Shown here one piece after another: positions 1-8,519 of a stretch of 19,056 bases of DNA (position 1 is the stretch's first letter; each line of letters begins with the position of its first letter). The DNA is taken from NCBI RefSeq assembly GCF_006345805.1, contig NW_021824297.1, positions 1-19,056 of the forward strand, given 5' to 3'. The notes under the pieces were generated by a model. It saw nothing but the letters and a program-made list of their open reading frames with translations, was not told the DNA's origin and did no database searches. Both the position numbers and the translations under genes were made by a program. The DNA is from Octopus sinensis (lineage: Eukaryota).

Positions 1-881
1 GGCATGCCGTGGTTGATGATACGCAGACACGCGCTGAGACTGCGACATCTCAGGCTCTTCGTAGACGACGGTGAACAGGTGTGGTCGCCGTCTGTGGGGC
101 ACGCTTTCCCGCAGCTCGTCTCTATGACCGAACTGCAGTCGTGGATCAAAAAGAGCCGAGGAAAGGCGAATGGCACCGCGAGTGTCGCGTTGCTCTCAAG
201 CACTCTGCCGTCCTGGATCGACCTTGAGTGACTCCATCACAACCAAAGCATTCTATAGGGGATTAGTGGAGGGGAGGTACGACGACGAACTCGGGGCGAA
301 CCTGGACGTCGACGAGGAATACCTGACCCGCCTGTTCGGGACGACTTTCGGGCCAGGGCCCATGAACAACTTCCAGAGATCCCTGACCTGGCAGTGCTAC
401 CGAGAAGCGCTACCCGTTCGGGATAAGCTCTACAGACACGGCTCGAGAAACGGGGCCGACCTGCTCGAGATGCGGTCAGAGCGACGAAACCGTTCTGCAC
501 GCACTCGTGCAGTGTCCAACAATTTCCGACCTGTGGGCTTATGTCGAACAACTGCTGTCACGTGTGGGACGAGTCCGTTTATCAGCTGAGTCTATCGTCA
601 ATATTGTCACGCCTCCTTCCTTCAAACGGGAAGGAAGAGCTATTTTCATCATCCTTGTGGCTATGGCGAAAGAATGTATCTGGTGGACGCGTCTGAAAGG
701 ATTGGAGACAAACACTTTCCTCTCTGGTCAATCTCTCATCAATTTCTTCAAGTATCACTTGAAAAGGAAAGTGAGAGTAGAGAGGCAAGTTTTGTCTAGC
801 GAATGTTTTAAAAAAAGATGGGTGAATGTAGCAAGGATGGCACGTATGAATGATGAAGCCACCTTGAGCATAGCCCTATGA
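1..881 (+). pseudogene. C-terminal part of L1/Tx1-clade LINE ORF2 (zf-RVT region), frameshifted
   Basis: Frames join into ...WQCYREALPVRDKLYRHG / CSRCGQSDETVLHALVQC (462-515, a CxxC..H..C zinc finger typical of L1-clade ORF2 C-termini) ...KKRWVNVARM, stop at 879-881. There is a +1 frameshift in the G run at ~452-455 and further shifts at ~150-230. Confidence 0.85.
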
Positions 882-1292
882 ACCCAGAAATTGAAAACAG
901 AGGGTTACCCACTTGCAAACAAATGTGGTAACATATAACAATATTGACCAAGGTTACCGTGGTCTTTTTCGTAGGCTTTTCTTCCCACGGATAAACCTCA
1001 TCTGCTTCCCCCTTTACACCGTACATCATGACACTGTGATACACGATCCCTATTGATCGTTTTTTTCCTCTTCCCCTTTTTTCATTTTTTTTTGTCTTTT
1101 TTCCTTTTCCTTTTCTTTTGTTTCTTTTTTCTCCTTTTTTTCCCTTTCACGATCCCTTTTGATCGAAAACCTACGCCATTTGTTTTTGTTTCTCTTGTTT
1201 TTTGTTTTTTGTTTTTTTGCATCCCCCAAAAGAAAAGCTCTAGCTTGTAATTTGTCCCATCTGTGTGCAGCCCTGTGTGGCCAATAAAGAAA
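882..1292 (+). mobile_element. 3' UTR of the Tx1-like LINE with a long T-rich tract and terminal AATAAA
   Basis: Follows the ORF2 stop. T-rich tract ~1060-1222, AATAAA at 1283-1288, then GAAA and an abrupt switch to microsatellite. Confidence 0.7.
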
Positions 1293-1378
1293 CTTATCTA
1301 CCTACCTAACTACCTACCTACCAACCTACTTACCTACCTACCTACCTACCTACCTACCTGCCTGCCCGGCTGTCTGTA

Positions 1379-1407
<29 letters not shown>
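1293..1407. repeat. (CTAC)n/(CTAT)n tetranucleotide microsatellite
   Basis: Directly visible tandem units. Confidence 0.95.
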
Positions 1408-1412
<5 letters not shown>

Positions 1413-1415
1413 ATT

Positions 1416-1612
1416 TTGGCACAAGGCCAGCACCTTTTGAGGAGTGGGGAAGTAGCTTACACCGGCTCCAGTGCTCGACTGCTACTTATTTTATTGATTC
1501 CGAAACTATAAAAGACAGTGTCGTTCTCGGCGGCATTTGAACTCAGAAGTAAAGAGTCGAATAAAATGTCGTTATACATAATGTCCAGCACGGTAACGGT
1601 TCTGCCTGCTCG
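1416..1612 (-). mobile_element. tRNA-derived SINE, family 1
   Basis: The minus strand has an A-box-like AGGCAGAACCG (~1597-1607) and a B-box GTTCAAATGCC (1532-1542). It aligns by eye with the copy at ~17740-17858 and resembles a common octopus SINE. Confidence 0.75.
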
Positions 1613-1635
1613 TTTTATATTCTTTTATTATTTCA

Positions 1636-1844
1636 TTTGTTTCAGTCACTTGATTACGAGCACGCTGAAGCATCTTTACGAAGGATTTTTGTCGAATAAA
1701 TCGACCTATTTCTTAAGCATAATACTTATTCTAGTGGTCCCTATTGCCGAACCTCTAAGTTACAGGAACGTAAATACACCAACACCGGTTGTCAAACTTT
1801 GATAGACACACACAGAGGCACACGCATGCATACGCACAAACATG

Positions 1845-1875
<31 letters not shown>

Positions 1876-2290
1876 GTGTGTATGTATATGTATGTGTACA
1901 ATATGTGCTTTAACTAGAGCATCAGAGCTTTTTAGCTCTTATTTCTAGCAATGCGGATGTTCTAACACCTAAGTCATATTTAGTGACAATTATAGTTCTC
2001 CATTTGGTAAAACATTGCACACTACTCACTGTATTAATATTTTATTTATATACATGCATCAATATACACACACATACACACACACACTCACACACTCACA
2101 CACTCACACACATACACTTCTATATACACGCGGCTTCTTTCAGTTTCCGTCTACCAAATCCACTCACAAGGCTATGGTCGGCCCGAGGCCATAATAGAAG
2201 ACAATTGCTCAAGGTGACACAAAGTGGGACTGACCCCGGAACCATGTGGTTGAGAAGCAAGCTTCTTACCACACTGCCACGCCTGCGCCC
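1636..2290 (-). mobile_element. tRNA-derived SINE, family 2, copy A (internal microsatellite expanded and interrupted)
   Basis: The head at 2131-2290 has A-box TGGCAGTGTGG and B-box-like GGGTCAGTCCC on the minus strand. The 3' half at 1636-1800 ends ...GTGACTGAAACAAA. Both halves align with copies at 6507 and 12443. Confidence 0.85.
1929..2055. repeat. ~130-bp dispersed repeat, copy 1
   Basis: Shares TTTTARCTCTTATTTCTAGCAAT...TTTAGTGA...CATTGCA...ATTAAT with 4213-4338 and 4567-4697. Confidence 0.85.
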
Positions 2291-2351
2291 ATCGTGTGTG
2301 TGTATGTCTGTGTGTGTGTATATGTGTGTATATGTATGTGTATGTGTGTTA

Positions 2352-2535
2352 AGGGTGAGTAAGACCCTTTATTTCACGTTACTCCAGTCCACTCAGCTGC
2401 TAAAATTAAGTTGTACCCGTAATTCAAAGGTCTAGCCTTGTCACATTCTGTGTCATACTGAATCTCCCTGCGAATTGTGTTAAGAAGGGTACAAATATCT
2501 GTGGAGTGCTCAGCCACTTGCACGTTAATTTCACT
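2352..2535 (+). mobile_element. Probable fragment of a third SINE family
   Basis: CTCCAGTCCACTCAGCTG and CAGCCACTTGCACGTTAATTTCAC resemble a recurrent octopus repeat, recalled from memory. There is no second copy in the window. Confidence 0.4.
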
Positions 2536-2618
2536 CTTTCAACATGTGATCTCTTAAGCACCACCAGCTCAAATATTTTCTCCTCTGTCTTCCCTCCTTG
2601 GGATCTTTCCTTCTCCTT

Positions 2619-2650
2619 GTTTCCGACGAAGCTCCGCTCGAAACGTTAAC
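2619..2650 (+). ncRNA. Degenerate minimal type I hammerhead-like motif (PLE terminal-repeat type)
   Basis: GTTT-CCGACGA-A-GCTCCGCTC-GAAACGTT-AAC. The core has U4->C and stem II is partly deleted. Same layout as 12262-12297. Confidence 0.4.
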
Positions 2651-2774
2651 CCTCCTTCCCTTCTTTCCTGAGCGTCAATAATACTTTAATTGTTCCACGT
2701 CCTGCGTTGGTGTGTTTTTTTGTTTTTTTTTTCCCTTTTTCTCATTTTTTCTGTGTTTTCTTGTTTGGATTAAC

Positions 2775-2859
<85 letters not shown>

Positions 2860-2921
2860 TATGCATATATGTATGTATGCTTATATGTGTGTATGTGTAT
2901 GTATGTATGTATGTATGTATA
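2775..2921. repeat. (TA)n/(TATG)n microsatellite
   Basis: Directly visible. Confidence 0.95.
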
Positions 2922-3865
2922 CATCTGCGTTTACAGAGGAAGAAAACTACTCTATACATACAATTGAATGTGTATATTTTACGTGAATCTGATTAGTTTT
3001 GAATCAGACGATTGATGCCAGGATACAGCCTGACAAGATATGAGTAAACATCAAAAATGTCAACCAACATTCACAAACACATTGAAAAATGTTAGTCACC
3101 ATTGACCGAGAATTGATAGTGATAGGTTGCTCCTTCGTTCATTAAAAGCAAAAACAAAAAATGTTAGTCAATATCACGAATTCAATTATTCAATTTTCAT
3201 GTGTAGAACATGCGATATTTTCAAACATTCATGTGTAAAAGCAGGTATAGTATTGATATCTTCTTTATTGTGTATCAAGAACAAAAATAAAAACTAAAAA
3301 ATTAAACAAAAGAAGTGTTTATTGCTAAAGCTGTTTTAGTGTTAATGAATGAATTTATTTTTAATCGTTTGATTGTCTTTCAGAGTATGGTATATCTAGT
3401 ACAGTGGATATACACTATTTTTGGCTCTTGGTAGTTGGAAATTTCGCGATAGCAATGCATGCGTTTGCAAAAATTCGACAATTCCAATTTCTTCAAAATG
3501 ACCAAAGACATTCTAGAAGTAATAATCTAATCTGGCATTGTCCAATGCGTTGTCCTTTTCTTTCTTCAAGAGAGTCTGATTCGATTGATATCTCACTTCT
3601 ATTTTTAGCAGGTTGAGCGATCACGTAGAGGCTTAGTTATTGGCTTGTCTCACCTTACCTCCAAAGACACAGCAGAAATATGTATCAAAATAGACTAACG
3701 GTTGTTTGTGACAAAATTCTATAAGTAGAGGCAATTTATTAAACTTGCTTTTTCTATGTTGGCGTCAAGAAAGCTTATTTCTAGTTAAGAAAACTAAGAA
3801 GATCCATTCGACAAGTTTCGTCGTCTACATTTTATGTAAGAAACATTTTATCAGTAGTTAGCAAG

Positions 3866-3922
3866 AAATAAACGATTCCTGACGAGGTTTTGACGAAAAC
3901 TGAAACTAGAGTCAATCTATTT
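3866..3922 (+). ncRNA. Type I hammerhead ribozyme candidate with intact catalytic core
   Basis: CTGACGA 3879-3885; stem II GGTTTT/AAAACT (loop GACG); GAAA 3902-3905; stem III ACT-AG-AGT; GTC triplet 3911-3913; stem I GATT/AATC plus AAATA/TATTT, with an unpaired C at 3878. Confidence 0.7.
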
Positions 3923-4058
3923 ACTTACCTGCCGAGGGCCTTGTGCTTGAAACACGGTATCTATTTTCATAACGTTACTAAATACGTGTTTGTTAAGTAT
4001 ACATTAGTGACTGCTTACAAACTTAATCAGAAACTTGCCATATCAAAGTTTTTGTTGT

Positions 4059-4064
4059 TGTGTG

Positions 4065-4097
<33 letters not shown>

Positions 4098-4100
4098 GTG

Positions 4101-4131
<31 letters not shown>

Positions 4132-4132
4132 T

Positions 4133-4169
<37 letters not shown>
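4059..4169. repeat. (TG)n microsatellite
   Basis: Directly visible. Confidence 0.97.
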
Positions 4170-4173
<4 letters not shown>

Positions 4174-4212
4174 GGAGGGGGAACGAAGTGCGGTAAGTGC
4201 ACAATTAAAGCA

Positions 4213-4338
4213 TTTTAGCTCTTATTTCTAGCAATATAGGTGTTTTTTAACATCCTAGTTACATTTAGTGACAAGTACAACTTTCCTTTTTGATGAAACA
4301 TTGCAACCTGCTGTTTATATTAATTTTGTGTATACACA
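4213..4338. repeat. ~130-bp dispersed repeat, copy 2
   Basis: Aligns with 1929-2055 and 4567-4697 in the same orientation. Confidence 0.85.
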
Positions 4339-4376
4339 TCAGCGAATCGTTGAATCACCCATTAATTTGAAAGACG

Positions 4377-4533
4377 AAACATATATACTAATAGAGAAAC
4401 AGGTGCGGAAAAAGCCGAACACTGAGCAGTCTTAGCTAATGACGGCAACGGATATTGCTGAAACTGATGTCAGTCTTAAGGATTTTCGGTGGGCATTTTT
4501 CGAATAACTAAATCTCTGTTAGTATATATGTTT
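4377..4533. repeat. MITE-like element with 21-bp inverted repeats
   Basis: AAACATATATACTAATAGAGA (4377-4397) and TCTCTGTTAGTATATATGTTT (4513-4533), one mismatch, 115-bp interior. Confidence 0.65.
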
Positions 4534-4566
4534 TCATTCATCGGCGTTAACTACAGTATTATATTA

Positions 4567-4697
4567 TTTTAACTCTTATTTCTAGCAATTTAGGTGATTT
4601 TTTAACACCCTAGTCACATTTAGTGATAATCATAATTCTTCTTTTTGGCGAGTCATTGCAACTTGCTGTTTATATTAATTTTGCATTTATATACATG
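4567..4697. repeat. ~130-bp dispersed repeat, copy 3
   Basis: Aligns with copies 1 and 2. Confidence 0.85.
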
Positions 4698-4775
4698 TAT
4701 ATATAAAATGCATTGTAAATAAACAACGACAGATAAAAGACGTGTGCGTATAAGACACAGAGGGTCCCTAATTCT

Positions 4776-4820
4776 TCATCAGTTATCAACCAGAATGGTA
4801 ATACTCAGTTTCGCACCATT
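4776..4820 (-). ncRNA. Hammerhead candidate in permuted (type II) order
   Basis: The minus strand reads TGC-GAAA-CTGAGTA-TTACCATTCTGGTTGATAA-CTGATGA-AGAATTA. Core boxes are intact, the triplet is GUA, stem I is UUA-CCA/UGG-UAA, and stem II is weak. Confidence 0.5.
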
Positions 4821-4887
4821 ACTGATAACTCTTGAGGACCGAGGACTTCCCATATTGGAGGTGCCTGCGAAAGACGCCGAGAATGTC

Positions 4888-4914
4888 ATATATATGTATG
4901 TATGTATATATATA

Positions 4915-4965
<51 letters not shown>
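4888..4965. repeat. (TA)n microsatellite
   Basis: Directly visible. Confidence 0.97.
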
Positions 4966-4966
<1 letters not shown>

Positions 4967-5226
4967 GTGTAATAAATAAAATATATGCATACATACAAAC
5001 ATATATGTAACGTACCGACATCTACATGTATATATACATGCATATATAAATATATAAACGTACAGGACACCACAAGAAGACGTAAAAATCAACAGAAACG
5101 AAAACGGAAAAGCCATTTTGTTACAACAGAAGGACAGAGACATGGAACAAGACGAAAACGAAAACGGGAAAAACAAATAGGTACAGCAGAAAAACGAAGT
5201 ACAGGACATGCTGCACAAGGAAAAAT

Positions 5227-5270
5227 CCCCTTCATCAGCTGTCGCTAGCAGACATAGCGTGTTTCGAAGG
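5227..5270 (-). ncRNA. Second permuted (type II order) hammerhead-like motif, followed on the minus strand by a T-rich tail (5226-5060)
   Basis: The minus strand reads CCTTC-GAAA-CACGCTATGTC-TGCTAGCGACAG-CTGATGA-AGGGG. Stem III is ACA/UGU, the triplet is GUC, stem II is GGGG/CUUC, and stem I is poor. Confidence 0.4.
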
Positions 5271-5322
5271 CAATATGTGAGTATTGTAGTTTGCTTGAAG
5301 CATTGTGTATTGTTTGTAAAGA

Positions 5323-5466
5323 AAAAAGTTTTGAATGGTACAACAATGCACAATAATACAGACTATATCCATAGTCTGATATATCAGACTATGGATAACT
5401 AAATTACAACAGTATATAGCCCATTGTCTGTATTATAGTGCATTGTTGTACCATTCAAAACTTTTT
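5323..5466. repeat. Fold-back element: 41-bp inverted repeats enclosing a perfect 32-bp palindrome
   Basis: Arms at 5323-5363 and 5426-5466 with one mismatch. TATCCATAGTCTGATA|TATCAGACTATGGATA at 5366-5397. Confidence 0.9.
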
Positions 5467-5473
5467 ATTCTTT

Positions 5474-5526
5474 GTATATATGCATATATATGTATATATG
5501 TATATGTGTATATATATACATATGTA

Positions 5527-5584
<58 letters not shown>

Positions 5585-5675
5585 ATGTATGTATGTATGT
5601 ATCCACACAACATACAACACACACGTACGCACACACACATACATATACGCACACCTATTTACATACAAACACATA
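5474..5675. repeat. Compound (TA)n/(TATG)n/(CA)n microsatellite
   Basis: Directly visible. Confidence 0.95.
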
Positions 5676-5689
5676 TAATTTTCAGCGTT

Positions 5690-6010
5690 ATTTCAATTAA
5701 GAAAAAAAATGTTTTTATCGCAATGTTTTATCAATTTATTTCGTAGCTCTACTTCCTTTACAGTTTTTTGTTTTATCTTCTGAAATGTGTATATATGTTA
5801 CCTCTTTCAGGCCTATGACGATGAAGAGCCAAGCAGAAAAAAAAAATTAGCATTTTTCATATACTTTTCTCTTTGCTTTCAATCAAGGTTCCAAAGTTCC
5901 GAAAGACATTTGTACTATGTGCAAAGAAGGTTATATTACTGAAAGAACTGCACAGAAATTGTTTTCACGGTTCAAGAAGGTAAATTTGACCTCACAGATT
6001 CTCACATTCC
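5690..6010 (+). mobile_element. mariner transposon 5' fragment (transposase N-terminal HTH region)
   Basis: From 5872 it translates FAFNQGSKVPKDICTMCKEGYITERTAQKLFSRFK..FDLTDS, matching the N-terminal HTH of mariner transposases. The boundaries are approximate. Confidence 0.75.
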
Positions 6011-6506
6011 TAAATTGCTGGTCTCGTACCAAAGTTTGAAACCAATATTATCTTCGTGTAGCACTTTCCAACTTTGGTTGTTATATAGTTTTTTGGATAA
6101 TTTTTATCATTGTTATTGACTTTTATTTTTACTATTTTTGTGTGTTAATTTTCGCATATGTCCTTTATTTCGAGCATGGGGCAATTACTTCTTGGTCACT
6201 TTTCTAGAAACTTAATTTAATCACCAAATTAGTGCTTGGGCTTTTTCAGAGTAAAATTTAATTTGGAATTATTTGTGTTCTTATATGATGAAAGTTCGTA
6301 AATAAGGAGAGCTTTGGAAACGTTGCGAGCCTTAAGGCGGAGAATGTAAGATTGGCCAACATCTTTAGAATGAAGTTAAAATTAGTGAATATAATTTTTA
6401 TGTCTTTTGGTACTTTTTAGTCACCACGTTAGTGCTGTTATTTTTGTTTTTAATTTAAATTTAAAAGTAGCCTGATGGTTTACGGTTTCTATCTTCTATC
6501 TTTTAC

Positions 6507-6860
6507 TTGTTTCAGTCATTGGACTGCAGCCATGCTGGGACATCATCTTGAAGAATTTTAACTCGAATGTACTTATTTTTAAAGCTTTATGCTATCGGTC
6601 TCTTTTGTTACATCTTCGTGTTGGATGTATAGTTTTACGGAGACAGCCGTAAACACACCGAACCCGATTGTCAAGCTGTGACAGCGGGGAAAGCGTACGA
6701 ACCCAGACACCATGACATACACACATACATACACGGCGGTTTTGCGAATGAATTTGGTTGATCCGAAGCTATAGTAGAAGACACTTGCCCAAACTGTCAT
6801 GCAGCAGGGTTGAACCAAGAACTATGTTGTTGAGAGACAAGCTTTTGCTACACAGCCATG
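6507..6860 (-). mobile_element. SINE family 2, copy B (diverged, internal rearrangement)
   Basis: TGTTTCAGTCATTGGACTGCAGCCATGCTGG tail and CTATAGTAGAAGACACTTGCCC...CACAGCCA head align with copies A and C. Confidence 0.8.
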
Positions 6861-6990
6861 TTTATGATGAAAAATTAGCATCGCAACAAAATTGTAAGTA
6901 CAATTATTGGATCTAAAACAACTAGTTTTATCATTATAGTTGGAGACTGGGTCATAATTTTTTAAAATGTGCTTTTGAGGTTGTAAGTTT

Positions 6991-8219
6991 TATTAGGTTA
7001 GAAAGAAAGTCCTATCGCTTTTTTGACATGATCACATTGAGTATACTTTTTCAGCAATCACTGTAATATAAGTATTAATTTTAACATTTGATGTGCCTTT
7101 TCTTTTCTTTCTTTGCAGATGAGTTAATACCCTGATAGTATAGATTCGTGTCAGTTCTACCCTTTTTAAAATGAGTTTAGATCAGACCCGTATCAGACAT
7201 TGCATGCTGCATAAATTCAAAAGCAGCAAGAAATATCCTTTCCGTCTATAGAAATGAAGTTTTAAAGCCAGCTTCAGTCCGGAAATTCTTCTATCGCAGA
7301 TTCCTCTCGATCTGGATGAGAGTTCTCTCAATATAGAGCTTCTGAAAACCGTAGTTGACGAAAATCCAAAGCGAACTACACGAGAATTAGCATAACAGTT
7401 AATTCAAGCAACACTTTGATCTTAAAACACCTCCATCAGATTGGAAAAGTGTCTAAGCTTAGTTTGTACACCTTCATCATCTGACTGTTTCTTCCCTGTA
7501 TCAAAGAGCTTCTCTCTTCTCGTCATTGAAGGGCAAACTTGCTGGGTAGAATCTTCATACATGATAAAAGATGAGTTCTCTATAATCATCTTGAAGGGAA
7601 ATTTCAATAGTTAATCCCCAATGAAAAAGGAGAGTTTATTCCCATATGAGGATTACATCCGAAACACGTTATGTTCTGTGTTTGGTGGATTATGAAGGTT
7701 ATCGTCTATCATGATGTGTTAAACCAAAGCGAAACAACTATTACGGAGAAATGTTGTTGTCAGTTGGTGGGGGTTGCACAACAATTTTCAGAAAAATAGC
7801 ACACATCGTTAGTCAGTCGTAAAGAGGTGTTGTTCTTATACTATAATGCAACACCATGTATTGTTCACGTCACACAGGAAAAGATTATGGCTCTAAATAT
7901 TGAAGTTTTGTCTTATCTTCTACTCTCCTGATCTTGCTCCATCTCACTACCATCCTTTCAGATCATTGCAACTATATTTAGACAAGAAACAGTTTATTAA
8001 TCGTGAAGGAGTTAAAAGTAATATTAATGATATTGAAGTGTTTCTTTCATTCGGAACCTGAATTCGACGCCAAGGGATCAGCATTTGCCAAATAGATGTA
8101 ACTGTGTTATCAATAAAGCGAGGAAGTTTTATGTTGCTTACATATATCAATTAAGACCAAAGACAAATTTGTTGATTTCCTACCTTCAAACGCGGCATGG
8201 CTTTCTTTCCAACCTAATA
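6991..8219 (+). mobile_element. Full-length decayed mariner element (1229 bp including TA target sites)
   Basis: TATTAGGTTAGAAAGAAAGTC (6991-7011) versus the reverse complement of 8199-8219, TATTAGGTTGGAAAGAAAGCC (19/21 identical), with TA at both ends. Confidence 0.9.
7171..8135 (+). pseudogene. mariner (D,D34D-type) transposase pseudogene
   Basis: MSLDQTRIRHCMLHKF; DENPKRTTRELA; a WVPHEL-like remnant near 7465; IHDKR*VLYN (first D at 7563); LHPKHVMFCVWW; YSPDLAPSHYHPFRSL at 7921. Many stops and frameshifts. Confidence 0.9.
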
Positions 8220-8469
8220 TGTATCAACTCCTCAGTTTTTCTTATGACATATCTAACCACTTTTCGTTTAAAATTTAAGTTAGAATTTTAATATTTTATA
8301 GTTTTAAATTTCTATTGTAGTTACATAATGTACGAGAATCAACTGCAACCTTAAATAGGGCAAAAAAACTTATTAATACCGTTATGAACATATATCTTTC
8401 GATTGAATCTTTTAAGACATCGATTTATTGGTTATTTAAAAATGGTAAAAACTTTGATTATTTAAAAAG

Positions 8470-8501
8470 AATTGTAAGCAAATTTTCAGCACCAACTTAA
8501 T
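8470..8501 (+). mobile_element. Isolated mariner-like right TIR
   Basis: ...AAATTTTCAGCACCAACTTAAT resembles mariner right ends (GCACCAACCTAATA). No partner TIR was identified. Confidence 0.35.
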
Positions 8502-8519
8502 TTACACATTTTCTAAAAA

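Noticed and set aside
2200-2290. tRNA-like A/B boxes in SINE heads (also 1530-1612 and 12780-12849)
   Set aside because: No cloverleaf can be formed; these are SINE heads, not tRNA genes.
3800-3856. Minus-strand CTGATAA...GAAACTTGTC motif beside the 3866 ribozyme
   Set aside because: G8 is lost, stem II is offset by 3 nt and stem I does not pair.
7098-7130. Polypyrimidine tract plus TTGCAG acceptor-like site in the mariner 5' region
   Set aside because: It lies inside the transposon and no supported exon or donor follows.
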